This document shows, piece by piece, positions 25,093 to 39,965 of a stretch of DNA of 64,000 nucleotides (position 1 is the stretch's first letter; each line of letters starts with the position of its first letter). This stretch comes from Bugula neritina (Eukaryota > Animalia > Bryozoa): NCBI GenBank assembly GCA_964035545.1, contig OZ037767.1:27048628-27112627 (forward strand). Reading direction: 5' to 3'. A program made the position numbers and the translations under genes. The notes beneath the pieces were generated by a model, which made no database searches, was not told the DNA's origin, and saw only the letters and a program-made list of their open reading frames with translations.

Positions 25093-28000
25093 TTGGCTTT
25101 TAAAATGTTGCTTCTAAAAACAATAATTTTTCACCAATAGATGGGCAGCATTTGCAATGCATAAAGTAACAGTTATACACTCCAGCTGTATGCAACTGTG
25201 TAACAGAAGTGTAGCAGTCTTAGTATAGAAAAAGACAAAGTTAACCAAGTTCCTGCTGGCAATACTTGATACAAGTCAATTTTAATAAAAAGTTCTATTT
25301 AATTAAAAAATTATACAAAATATACTATTACATGACAGAAAGTCGGCTTAGAATAGTATTAAGGCAGGAGCAATGCAAATGCAAAAATACATTCTATAGA
25401 ACTCAGTGAAAGATATAACTTGCTTAAACAGTGCAGGCTTTACACGCAAATTAAAATTTGCATAGTTTACTGGTTTATGCATGGAATACCTATAGCAAAC
25501 AAAAAGTTGCTGCAAACAAATGAAATTTGAGAAAAATTTTTTTTTATAAATGCACTTATTATCACAAGCTGAGCATACAGTTATTTTCAGTTTTCAAAAA
25601 ATGTATTTACTCCAGGCTTTAATACATAAGAGGAGATTCAACAAAAAATGTCCACAGCAACTTCAAGAATTTAAAGCTGGTTCAAATTTGTTTAAATATA
25701 GTTATTCACATGCTTCTATTTCATAACACCAAATTCAAATAATCCACTTTCCTACATGCTTGTAACTTATTTAAATGAAAATTGAAATTTTAGCAGAACC
25801 ATTCTAAAAGTTTTACAAAATAAGTCTTTGTATAAGCAGTATACTTTAATTGAAAGTAGCTTTATATTTATTGCAAATAACGGTTAATTTTTATGTTGTT
25901 TTAAAGAACTAAAATTTTTTTTTGAAATTGAAATGACAGAACCCTTAGTAATGAAAACTTTCTAGTAATAAGCTTTAATGTTAATTATAGTAGTTAAAGC
26001 AACTCAACACAAATTAAAACAGCTTTAGTGTAGCTCAAAAGGCACAAAATTGTTAGACATTCAACATACAAAAGGCCTGCATCCTGCTAATTTAATTATA
26101 TCATTTATAAAATCCCTCATCTTATTTATATACAGTTTTATCTGTATTCAGTTGCCTTCGAATAGCGAAAATTGAAAGTTGAGCAGTAATAGAAAATAAC
26201 AATCATATAATACATTGTTGGTTTATATACAATCAGTTATATATAGCATACCTGTGGTAGAACTTAGAGCTTGTAAAGTTGGAGAATAGGTCTTTTAGCA
26301 GCATATAAAGATGTGAAGTTGGCACTTTAGAGACTAACTTTTATAATCCTGACACCTTTTTAAATCAATGTTGACATTTCCTAACATTTTAATTAGCTGT
26401 GGTGACTTCTTAATTTATCTGGAACTGATCAATACATTTTTAACTTGGATCAGTTGTCAAAAAAATTTTTCCGAATGTATGACGTGTAAAAAAATTACTA
26501 TAATAGCACTAGATCAGAAAAACATAGGGTTTAATAATTTAAAATGCAATTACAGGTCAACGTAAAATTTATGAAAAACATCAAACACTTTTTAGGAGCA
26601 CTAAAGACTTAAAATATAAATACTGCCATAATACATAAATACAAATATTGCATCATTACATTTATAACACTACCAGTTACATACACTTGGTTTTATATAT
26701 ACAAGTAGTTGACGGGTATTAGAAAACTATTCATTGCTTATTGTATTACCTTTTTATTTTTGCCTAATTATGCAATGCCATATTATAATATTACCACAAT
26801 TTGTTAGGTTTTACCTTACTTTTGGTTTGGCAAAAACTGAATTTGAAATGTGATAGCTATCAAACCAAATACACAACTTATTATATAATTATCTATTCGA
26901 AATAGTACTGGCTATTGAAACAATCCTGTAGCTTTGCTTCTGCAACATTCACTCTCACTACCCCCCCACTTAATTATCAGCAGTATATTAGCTTTTAAAC
27001 ATTATTAAAAAAGAAAATGACAACTGGGAGTTTTTACAAAAATGTCACATGTTATTAGATAGTTGAACCTTTTACTATCATACTTAATTTCCTTGACATT
27101 TCTACTTGAATACTGTAAACTTCAATGTATAGCAAGTAGCAATGTGCCACTAGAACATGCAGTGGGAAAATCTAATACAACCATCAACAGAAAAGTCATA
27201 TATAGTATGGCTGCTGACATGGTTGTAAACTATATTTAAATATACACAGCATATGTCAATTTTTGAATATATTTTGACAAAATTGTTGAATACAGTTGGT
27301 AGAATGTTGGAAAATATAGTCGAGGGAAGTCACTGCTGATAGAGTTTACTTCTTTTTAAACTATTACCATATGCACACCTGGGCCAAACTATAAGTGTAG
27401 GGCCACACGTCACGTGCAGGTAAATCGTGTAGTGTGGTCCTACGTTTTACAAACTTAAATACTTAAACTTGTATAAATATCATACTGTTTGAGTACAAAA
27501 GTATGAAGAAACATTAGATAATAACATCATTAATGTATCATCAGGTAAAAGTGACGAACTAACCTTTTGACTCCTGTTACTTGCTAATTTTTTCCTGCTT
27601 GATATAATATGATGATTAAATCTTGAGGAGAACTATAGTAGGTAATGTAATATAGTGATCTCAAAGTACTATTTTCAAGTGTCTTTTTCACTGACAGGGT
27701 TGAGCAGGTTCTGCTATAACAGGAAGTAATTTATTTTCCAGTCAAAACAAGCAGACGCCGAGTGACCAGCTATACAATGAGGCGTTAAAACATTGCTAGA
27801 GCAGCATCCGGAAAAGTTGTGTAAAGTCAGTACGTTTCTCAGAGCAACACCTAGCACCAGCAACTCAGGGAATTACAGTAGCATAGCCATACCTGTTGTA
27901 CATTTTCGCTGTGCTCCAGCTGATGAAGTTTTAAGCCTAGGTTTCCTAAACTTTTAGTTTAAGTAATAAAATAAACTAGTATTTGTTAAATGGTTTGCAT

Positions 28001-28414
28001 TGTTTTTGGTGGTCCTATCTAAACATATGTAAGTGTATAATATTATATGTGTATCTATATTTGTATCTATATACGTATGCATATATGTGAATGTATATAT
28101 GCATGTATATGTCTATATTTTTATGCATATGTATATGTATTTACGTGTATATATGTTCATCTACTTTTACATATGCTTGTCTATATGTATGTATGTATAT
28201 CTACGCACATGGAATAAGAATTGGGACAAGCCCTGTAAAATGCTTAGATTTTATCTTCACAATTTTCAATAAGAAATTCAATTTGGCAAGTTGAAAACTT
28301 CACCTAATTGACTTGCATTGTAAAAGTCACTTATTAAAATTACTGTCTTGTGATAATTGACTGATTTCATAATAATAGTTAAATTAAAGAATGATAAATT
28401 TCTGTAAATACCTG

Positions 28415-28574
<160 letters not shown>

Positions 28575-29110
28575 ACTTTATTGATTAGAAGACCTACTAA
28601 AAGAGTGTTAAACAGCCTACCCTTGTGGATATTGAGCATCATGCTAGTGTAAAATTACCTTCTTTCACTTTATAGTATTTTTGAATTATCCCATTGCTTG
28701 ATGGGTATTTAGAATATTTTAGTTTCAAAAGTACATTATACTACGTTTATTGTTCTAATCATAACCTATAACTTTCAATTCATTTATGCCATAGTATGTG
28801 TGTCTTGTTAATTTAACATGAGTTATTAAAATAAGTTTTTCTTTCCAACAACAAAATGAGATGACAACTACAAGAGCACAGCAAATAGCCTGGAATCCAG
28901 TTGAAGATAACGCTGCCTTAAGTCAACATATGCAAAAATAAAAGCAAGCCTCTCAAAAATTTTCTTAGATGCACGAATTTATGCATGACTGTTATATTAT
29001 AATTTGCAGTTTAAAAAAGTTATTATATTATAGCATCTAATCTATTGGCAATATTGAGGTGTTCTCAGAGCTTTACTTTTCAATCCCAACACTGAGGACA
29101 AGTTGATTTT

Positions 29111-29350
29111 CTGGGGGTTTGATAGCTGGCAACTTCTTTTGCTCGAGGGCCAAGTTCAGAGGTCAGCCAGAACGAAGGGACACATGATTGTTCACATAAT
29201 AACTTTTATTATAATAAAGTAATCTGTCACCAAACCTATACTGTGCTAGTCATGACATGCAGTTTTTACTCATCTTGAGCATTAAAAGGCCCACTGAAAA
29301 ATGGGCAAAAGACCACAAGTGGCCCTGGGGCCCCCAGTTGTTCACCCCTG
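29111..29350. mobile_element. Degraded non-autonomous hAT-like element (second copy ~38776-39011)
   Basis: Right end on the minus strand reads CAGGGGTGAACAACTGGGGGCCCCAGGGCCAC; left part has GGCAACTTCTTTTGCTCGAGGGCCA. Resembles CAGGGGT...CAAC termini of hAT/Charlie-type MITEs. No TSD identified. A similar terminus occurs at 62286-62300. Confidence 0.4.
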
Positions 29351-30306
29351 ATATACACCATGACAGTATACGCAATAAATATTACTGTATATTTCTCAAT
29401 TTTGTTAAACTGAATGATTTATGAATGAAATATATTCCTTGGAAACAAAAACGTCAACTTATTTAATTGATTCATTTTAATGCTGGCTACAATATTAAGC
29501 CTGTTAAATTCATTGTATAACAACCCTGGAAAGGACTACTATCTGCTATTTCACATATCAGTATTTTATTTACCAAATTTACAAAATAAAGACACAAGTT
29601 AATATTGCTGCAATAATTCACAACTAAGTCTTTGACGAAAAATAACAGTAACATGAAATTACATACAATTATATATAATATATATTGATTATTAGATGTT
29701 TACCAAACACTCATATTGATTATTATATTTTATCACATATTACAAGTTAATGAACCGTAACGCTGCAAAAGTACAACATATTATTATGCTATATATCTAC
29801 ACTTTTCTCAAAGTATACAAAATATATTACACTATAATTATTGTCATACAGTAAATATAACAAAGTTACAATAGAAAGATATATTGAGCATTGTAAAGTT
29901 AAATTCTAGCATCATACCACTACACAAGTGCAAAGAAGTTTAATACAACTTGAAGCATTCATTTTCAAATGTATTTCATAAACAATAATTATAAATAAAG
30001 CATCAGGCCACCAGTTGGATTTAAACTCTTACACTGCCCACTCATTTACCTTTGTAGAGCTAGCTTTCACCTGCTACATTGTCAACTTTTAATTCTTTAA
30101 ATAATCAGGATGTTGTTTAAAATTTCTAGAATTAACTTTCCAACTTAAATCATTGTATGCAACAACTTCAATGTTAAATTTTTATGTCTAAACACAATGT
30201 TTAGGTATTTAAATTTTATTTTGGTTGTCACCTTGTAAAATTGTCTCTATAAACAAAACTCCTACAATATAACTATTGCAAAAACTTCTTTTGTAAAAAT
30301 TACCTA

Positions 30307-31272
30307 TTAACCTTCTAGTGGGTTCACTCTTTCAGGGTTGACCTTACAAAACATTTTCTTCACTCTGAGGCGATATGAACAATTCATATGTGCAAACAGC
30401 AGCACATTCAGCACACCAAAAAGAAGTTGGGGAAGAAGACAAATTTCTCTAAACAGCTCAAAATTTATCGGACCACCAGAATGGTCTGTGGTTGCAAAGT
30501 AGCCTATAGTAAGAGCTAGCATTGGTAAAAATGTACAATAGTACAATACAGCAGTGAACAGCATGTATTTAGCAGCGTTTTCTACTTCATCTGCACCAGC
30601 ATTTCCTGGTCCGGCTCTCCTGGACATAGCCCTTAACTCCATGGCTAGTTTAACGGCTAATACTAGCGTTCCAATTGCAGCTGCCAAGACAAGGAGACTA
30701 AGTATCATGGTACTAAAAGTAGATGCCTTTTCTGGAAATAATGAAGTTGAAACAGAATGCTGCACTGCCATGAGCAGAATCATACAGCCCCAAATGCTAA
30801 ACGAACACTTGTTAATATTGTTGACAAATCTGTTGTCTGAATACTGAAAAGGTTTGCAAATGCCTAAATATTTGTCGTATACAGCCAGTGTCATGATCCA
30901 AAACCTTGAGATAAGTATGCCGTCTCTCAGGGTGGCATAAATAGTATCCAAAGCGATATGTAGGCTGAGAGACTCTATATTCGAAAGACTTCGTTTTATA
31001 GAGCAACTGAAGACAACAGCACTGTATATCATGTTGTTAGCCATACTTGCAGCAGTGATTTGTACGAGTATACAGAAGTAGTTGTATTGATTTGCCTTTA
31101 ACTGTGGTGCAGTGGCAAGCATGGCAATGTGAAAGACACTGATAGAAATAGCAATAAAGTTTATGCATAAAGCGGATATCACAAAACTGGAATTGTCTTT
31201 GCACAAGCTATCAATTGTTTCATCAGTGAAGTTGTTTTCTCCTGGTGTGAAAATTGTCGTCAGGTTTTCCAT
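30307..31272 (-). CDS. Rhodopsin-class 7TM GPCR, copy 2 (321 aa)
   Basis: Paralog of copy 1; TM1-TM4 almost identical, ECL2/TM5/ECL3 diverged; intact ORF. Confidence 0.9.
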   Translation of the reverse strand: MENLTTIFTPGENNFTDETIDSLCKDNSSFVISALCINFIAISISVFHIAMLATAPQLKANQYNYFCILVQITAASMANNMIYSAVVFSCSIKRSLSNIESLSLHIALDTIYATLRDGILISRFWIMTLAVYDKYLGICKPFQYSDNRFVNNINKCSFSIWGCMILLMAVQHSVSTSLFPEKASTFSTMILSLLVLAAAIGTLVLAVKLAMELRAMSRRAGPGNAGADEVENAAKYMLFTAVLYYCTFLPMLALTIGYFATTDHSGGPINFELFREICLLPQLLFGVLNVLLFAHMNCSYRLRVKKMFCKVNPERVNPLEG

Positions 31273-31325
31273 CTTGCTTCAAAATTGAACTCTCTACAAA
31301 CACAAAACATATAGCTTAAAAACTG

Positions 31326-31427
31326 CACACACACACTCGCACACACTCGCACACACTCGCACACACTCGCACACACTCGCACACACTCGCACACACTCAC
31401 ACACACTCGCACACACTCGCACACACA
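31326..31427. repeat. (CACACACTCG)n repeat
   Basis: About 10 decamer units just upstream of the GPCR2 acceptor; shorter CA-rich counterpart at 40997-41051. Confidence 0.95.
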
Positions 31428-32296
31428 TTTAGCGTAACTTCTGTAACTCATACTAACTTATCATTGTTTGAACAACAATTATTTCTATAACATTGCTAAA
31501 TCCACCTGTGCAAAGCACTGTACAAACTTTTTTTATAAATAATATAATCTACATATGAAGACCTGATGCAGATTAGTGTAGAACGTTGGCTTAACATCCT
31601 TTTTTATCAGTTGGATTATTTTCTCTTGAGAATGCATGATGATGGCAAAAACAACTGTTATTAAAAGAACAAAATTTAGTTGGTACAAATAGTAGAAGAT
31701 TTAATATTTAACGCTATATTTTTCAAAAGCAAATATCATAAGCATAACATTTAAAATAAAGAAGTTAATGCAGGCAAGCAAAATATTTAGTAAACATGTT
31801 CATTGCAAGATAGTAAATAATGCACTTTTCTTACAGCAAGTTTCCGTTTGGTTCAAATAGTCCAATTTAACTTTAGGAATCTTTACTCAATGCAGTAGTC
31901 AGTAGTGTTACAATTAAGGATTTAAGTTGCTAAATTACTATAAACCGGAAAGTAGTAATTGCAGTGTATTGTTTATTGAAGATAAAGTTTTTTTAAGAAA
32001 AATTTATAATCCATATTTTGTTAGTAACAAACATAAACACAATTCTTTTTATCTACATGAATATTTACCATTAGGTTATATACCTACTTATCACATACCG
32101 AGTGATGAAACAAAAACATTTTCTAATAAATGTTGAGAACAAGTGTTAATTGTATTTTGCGGCAAGCACAAGCAATAAACTTGCTAGCTGAAATTATGCA
32201 TTTCCTTTTAATGCTATAGTCACTTACTTTCTTTGGAATAGCAATAAAAAATAACTCGATTTTATTTTACAGGTTTGTAAACAAATAAAAACTTAC

Positions 32297-32790
32297 CTTG
32301 GCTATGTTGTTCAGTGCTGCAGTAACTAAATCGCCAGAATCAATCTATAAAAGAAAAAGTTGTCACTTGAGAAAAAAATGGCCTTTGCTTAAATTAATAC
32401 TTTTTCATTTATTTTAAGCATTTGTCCAGTCTTCTACTTTTAAGAAGTACATGTTCAAGTGAGCTATGCTGATTGTGTTTCACTTTAATAGCATCAAACT
32501 GTTGCAATGTGTACAAACAAACTGCTAAACATGTTGGCAACATAAAATGTAATATATTCTAGAATGCTAGTTTTTGAAAACTAATAGTTTTAATGCTAAT
32601 CCTAGTTTACCAACAGAAGACAAAGAGTTACAAATCAGTGAGGCTTCATAAAATTTCAGTAGTCATTAAAATCCATAGAGGTAATTTAAGCAAGAACTAA
32701 AAAACCAAATGTAAAACGTAATTGTTGTTTCAGATGGAAACAGTATAGCATACCTGCATGTATTAGAACTTATGTAGACCTGGTAAGTTT
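32297..32790 (-). other. Putative 5'UTR exons of GPCR copy 2, with homologous sites in copies 1 and 3
   Basis: Conserved minus-strand donors CAG|GTATGCTAT at 32752-32753 and 26250-26251, and CAG|GTAAGCTAT at 42348-42349; 48-nt AG/GT-bounded middle exon at 32297-32344 and 41852-41899; acceptor about 20 nt upstream of each ATG. Confidence 0.55.
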
Positions 32791-33284
32791 AGAGAAACAG
32801 AGATATGTTATAGAGCTGCATGTAAGGTAGTGTCTTGTAGCAGTATTTGTTAATGTGCAATGGGCTTTCTAGCCGAGTAACTTTTATAACCATATGGCAC
32901 CTTTTAATCAATATTACTTATAGATTGTTTAATTAGAAATTTTGTAAATTTTAAATTTTGATTAAACAATAATTGAAGTTTTAGGTTTAGTTTACCTTGT
33001 TGATGAAAATGTGGTAATGTTACATAATATCAGAAAATTAATTTGTATAAATTTTGAATTATAGGTTGAATATTTCAAAGGTATATTATTATAATACGTG
33101 CAAAGTAATTAGATTATAACGGAAATTAAATCTGATGATAGCTTATTATACACCCTAATCATATTATGTGCTTGGATTTTAAGTTAATTTAACTCTACCA
33201 AGACTGGTTTATTTTCATGCTGTTTTGTCTTTTATTTTAGATTTATTAATTTGCTTTGTAAAATAGCAATATATCTACATTAAT

Positions 33285-33860
<576 letters not shown>

Positions 33861-36800
33861 CAATGTATACAATATATATATATAGTTTATTATATTATAG
33901 TTATACTTTGGATGTTTCAATTTCAGTGCAGCATGTCACACTGGTACTAATTTCCTGTCTAATTAATTAACTAGCTGGAGAAGACACAAGCTACATGCAA
34001 AGTTGGTGCATAGATAGTCTGCAGTTACAACTTTCAATTACAAAGTTCAATTTCTTGGACATGCTTGTTTCATGAATATTAATTATGTTTCAGTGGCACA
34101 TATAGCTGTCATTTACTATAATATCCTCCATCCACTAATTAATATTCTCGATGTGTTAAATTAGTTATTTGAATTTTTCTAGCACAAAATTTTTATTTTT
34201 ACATGACAAGGGAGTACTGCAAGGAATTATTCCCCTCTGACTGCTGGGTAAAGGCTGTTAGGGTTGGGCCCTTAAGGCATGCATGTTGCTTCTTTTATTC
34301 ACATTGTTTTAGATTGTATTGTAAAAAAACCTTAATATGTCATTTAGTGAACTCGATTTCTTACCTGCATGACGATTACCAAATAGGCCCTTATATATAT
34401 TTACAATGTTACATAATACATAGCATGTGGAACTTTAGTGTAGATTTGAGCAAATGAGTCATTTAAAATTTTTCTGTAAAAGCAATTCCGTAGCTGCTAG
34501 CATGCAAACAAATTCAAACTGATACATTTTAATTTAATGTGGTTCAAGGAAGGCATTATCTTTAGCAGGTAACTTTTCTCTATTGAGATTAGCAACAATC
34601 TATAGATGATGCCATCAACTCTCAGACTATCACACAACATTAAGCTGGAATTTTTAACCTGGCTGCAACTTTTAAAAAATTGAAGTAATCAAAATATAAA
34701 TAATTTAGCTTTTTAATCACCCTAAGCGTGATAATAAAGCATAAGAGATAATTAAAGTAGAACTGTATTTTTAGTTACCGTGTCGTAATCATAGCAATTC
34801 ATCATCTCCAACCTACACCAGGTGTGTTGCAGGTGTGTTGCAGGTATGTTGCAGGTATATTGAAGAGTAAACAATAAACGCAACATAAACTATCACACAA
34901 GCTTTACAAAGAAGTTATTTGTAATTGTTAATTTGTAATGAGTTTATTTCAATACTTCATTTATTTTTTATAACTAATTTTAAAAACTGCTCAATGCATG
35001 AGAAAACTAATAACAATTCTTGATCCAAAAGTTAGCCTAGTAAACCGTCTTTAAACACATGCATCAAACACAAGATAAAAATACTTTATATCATATATAT
35101 GATGCTAATTATGGAAAAATTATATCCCCAGCTTGGACGGTACAATACATCAAGTCAGATCTAGATTTCCAGCAAAAACAGCTAATCAGAAAATTTACCA
35201 CCTTCTAAACAGCCAATAGAGATTTAATACCAGGGAATATAATATTACAAAATATCAACTTTACTAAAATACTTTTAGTAATACATATTCAGAAATGATG
35301 GTTTCAGTATAATCAAAAAACGTAATAATTCAAAAAGATATGGAGTAATAATGTAATATGATAATATTGAAGAATATACTTGGAGTAGTAATAATGAAGA
35401 TAACTATAATGTATTATTAGTGTGTAATATCAGGATCAATTAATATAAATTTGTATGTTCGTATCGTATGACGAATTCTATCAACACTAGTAAAAAATAC
35501 AACAGACTCTATTCATCACATGACTAGGGAGGGGTCACCATGATGGTACAAATAGCAGATGACACGCTGTACAGAACATTCAACATTATGTACTGAGTTT
35601 AGGAGCAATGCTCTGTATTACAGCATATTCTATAGTGGTGTACAGTACTGTACTGTATGGTACAGTACTGCAATGTATGGTACAGTACAGTACTGTATGG
35701 TACAGTACAGTACTGACAATGTACGCAAAAGACATTTGTAAGACAATCTATAAGCTAATAGCAGGCGTGTAGATAGACAAACTAGTGCCTAGTACACCAC
35801 TGGCTGTATGAGGGTTGCATTTAGTAAGGATTTACAATAAATACCATATTTAGGAGATAGGAGTGTGAAGATTTACTAGTGCATATAAATATTATAATAT
35901 ATAGTTGAAATAAGTTCATAATCAGCGAAGGCAACATTAACACATGTACTAACAATGGCAGCTTAGTCATTGAGGTAACTTTGGTTGGAAGTCATCACTT
36001 GCACACCAGTAATAGTAGCAGACGTACACATTGGTTGTTATACCTGTTGCGATTGGATGATACAAAGCAGATCAGCCAATTGCAGACCAGGTTACAAACA
36101 TCTAGTGGATGGTAGAGTGACCGATCAGCCAATGAGAGGTATTTTTACATACATGTATGTTGACCTTGACCTCACATATATACTCTGTAAGACATACACA
36201 AAGACATTAAAACAAAAATAATTAGAGCTGTAAAATATTCAAGGCATCTGTTGCTCTACAATAAACTGTGACATCACGTCCTATTATAAAGATAGATAGA
36301 GTTACCCTCCACGCTCCTTAGAATACACACAAACTTTAAAAATACATTGTTGTCCAGATATGAGAGTATACAGCAATGGCTAGTGGTGACAGGTGAAAGC
36401 ATCTTTAGATTTGTAATTCATTTTAAGGAGTTTCGAATAGACTAAGGAAATACACTACAGAGAAAAACTTGGTAGGTGTGCACTAGCAATACTAGGCTGA
36501 GGTGCTGACAGTATATTCGAATTATGAGTTATAAATGTATTGCCTAAGTTTATACACATAGCAATGGCTGCGTGACACTAAAGCTGTTGACACCAGACAA
36601 TTACACAACTGAAAACAGCAACACTGCAGCAACAAGTATTACCAGCTGAGCAATGTACAGCCCGCAGATTACTGGTAGAGACAGCTGATTGGACAAATGT
36701 ATTAGCAGTGGTATTCTGATTGGCTGGATTTAATGGGTAGACATTAATACTGAATGTGCTGCTCTTCCATTGGGTAATAAGTTGTTGGGTAAAAAACAGC

Positions 36801-37357
36801 TTGAGAAGGCAAGAGATTAGAAGAGAGAATAACCCAACGGAATTTTGTTAGGAAGCAAAAGTATGTACAAATATCAGCTAGTTTAATTCTTTTTAGAATA
36901 AACAGAATCTCATTTCATGAAAATTTTGACAATAACACTGTCCCGGGCAGCTTATGAGGTCAGTATTACTGCATAGAAAGATGACTATTCACACAAAGTG
37001 GTAATTGAGTGAGAGGTTTGGTGACTAGTGAAACTGACATCTTCATTATGTCTGTATACAGATGTTTAACAAAAATTTTCTTTACACTCTACATTTCATA
37101 AATTGCTAAGTAAAAGTTGTAGAATAATACAGCCCTATAACTATTATATAAAAAGTGAAAAAATATAAAACTTGGCAGTAAAATAATGAAAATACTACAG
37201 CCAATGAAATTGCGAATCTTTGATTAAAAAAATAAAATACTGGAGATCAAGATTTATAAAAGAGAAATAATAATTATAAGATTATATATTTAAAGATAGT
37301 GACGACAATATAGTAACACATTGCAACTATGATGGCGTCTCTTCCACTAATACATAC

Positions 37358-37484
37358 CAATATGGTTTATTCTCGTTTTTCGGTCGTTTTAGTTGTACTT
37401 TTAATCGCTTCATACCAACTTGAAAGCCATTCATGGTACCAATGGCATTCTGGGCCGACATGGGGTTATCGTAACTAACAAATC
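37358..37484 (-). pseudogene. Orphan duplicate of the CELF RRM3 C-terminal exon (possible alternative terminal exon)
   Basis: 127-nt exon encoding the same [42 protein letters not shown] as 46935-47061 (one synonymous change seen); splice sites intact; duplicated 3'UTR exon starts at 37051. Confidence 0.85.
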
Positions 37485-37894
37485 CTGTGAACAAACAACA
37501 TGTTGTTTCAAAATGTTATGATCTATAACAAACAACTATACTATTTACAGTAATTGTCTTCTTCCTCACTCAAATTTTTCAATTGTGCAATATAACCACA
37601 TATTTTATATTAGAAGTCTTACCGTGTATATATTATGTACATCTACTTGCACATATGCTTGTCTATATGTATGCATGTGTATCTACACATGGAATAAGAA
37701 TTGGGACAGGTCCTGTAAAATGCTTAGATTTTATCTTTACAAGTTTTAATAAAAAATTCAATTTGGCAAGTTGAAAACTTCACCTAGTTGGCTTGCATTT
37801 TAAAAGTCACTTATTAAAATTACTGTTTTGTGATAACCGACCGATTTCAAAATAATAGTTAAAAGGAATGATAAATTCCTGTAAATACCTGTAT

Positions 37895-38238
<344 letters not shown>

Positions 38239-39965
38239 TACTTTATTGATTAGATGACTTACTAAAAGAGTGTTAAACAGTCTACCCTTGTGGATATTGA
38301 GCATCATGCTAGTGTAAAATTACCTTCTTTCACTTTATAGTATTTTTGAATTATCCCATTGCTTGATGGGTATTTAGAATATTTTAGTTTCAAAAGTACA
38401 TTATACTACGTTTATTGTTCTAATCATAACCTATAACTTTTAATTCATATATGCCATAGTATGTGTGTCTTGTTAATTTAACATGAGTTATTAAAATGAG
38501 TTTTTCTTTCCAACAACAAAATGAGATGACAACTACAAGAGCACAGCAAATAGCCTGGAATCCAGTTGAAGATAACGCTGCCTTAAGTCAACATATGCAA
38601 AAATAAAAGCAAGCCTCTCAAAAATTTTCTTAGATGCACAAATTTATGCATGACTGTTATGTTATAGTTTGCAGTTTAAAAAAGTTATTATATTATAGCA
38701 TCTAATCTATTGGCAATATTGAGGTGTTCTCAGAGCTTTACTTTTCAATCCCAACACTGAGGACAAGTTGATTTTCTGGGGGTTTGATAGCTGGCAACTT
38801 CTTTTGCTCGAGGGCCAAGTTCAGAGGTCAGCCAGAACGAAGGGACACATGATTGTTCACATAATAACTTTTATTATAATAAAGTAATCTGTCACCAAAC
38901 CTATACTGTGCTAGTCATGACAGTTTTTACTTCTCTTGAGGATTAAAAGGCCCACTGAAAAATGGGCAAAAGACCACAAGTGGCCCTGGGGCCCCCAGTT
39001 GCTCACCCCTGATATACACCATGACAGTATACACAATAAATATTAATGTAGAATTCTCAATTTTATTAAACTGAATGATTTATGAATAAAATATATTTCT
39101 TGAAAACAAAACCGCCAATTTATTCAATTGATTCATTTTAATGAAGGCTACAATATTAAGCCTGTTAAACTCATTGTAACAACCCTGGAAAGGACTACTA
39201 TCTGCTATTTCACATATCAGTATTTTATTTACCAAATTTACAAAATAAAGACACAAATTAATATTACTGTAGTATTTCACAACTAAGTCTTTGACGAAAA
39301 ATAACAGTAACATGAAATTACATACAATTATATATAATATAATATATTGATTATTGGATCTTTACCAAACACTCAAATTAATTATTATAATACTTTATTA
39401 CATATTACAAATTAATGAACCGTAGTGCTGCAAAAGTACAACATATTATTTTGCTATATATCTACACTTTTATCAAAGTATACAAAATATATTACACTAT
39501 ATTGTCATGTAAATATGACAAAGTTACAATAGAAAGATATATTAAGGAATTATAAAGTTAAATTCTAGCATCACATTACTACACAAGTGCAAAAAAAGTT
39601 TAATGCAACTTGAAGCATTCATTTTCAAATATATTCATAAACAATAATTATAAATAAAACATCAGGCCACCAGTTGGATTTGAACTCTTACACTGCCCAC
39701 TCATTTACCTTTTTGAGCTAGCTTTCACCTGCTACATTGTCAACTTTTAATTTTTTAAATAATCAAGATATGTTGTTCAAAATTTCTAGAATTAACTTTC
39801 CAACTTAAAAATCATATGCAGCAATTTCAATGTTAAACTTTCATGTCTAGACACAATATTTAGGTATTTAAATTTTATTTTGGTTGTCATCCTGAAAAAT
39901 TGTTCCTATAAACAAAACTCCGACAATATAACTATTGCAAAAACTTCTTTTGTAAAATTTGTCTT

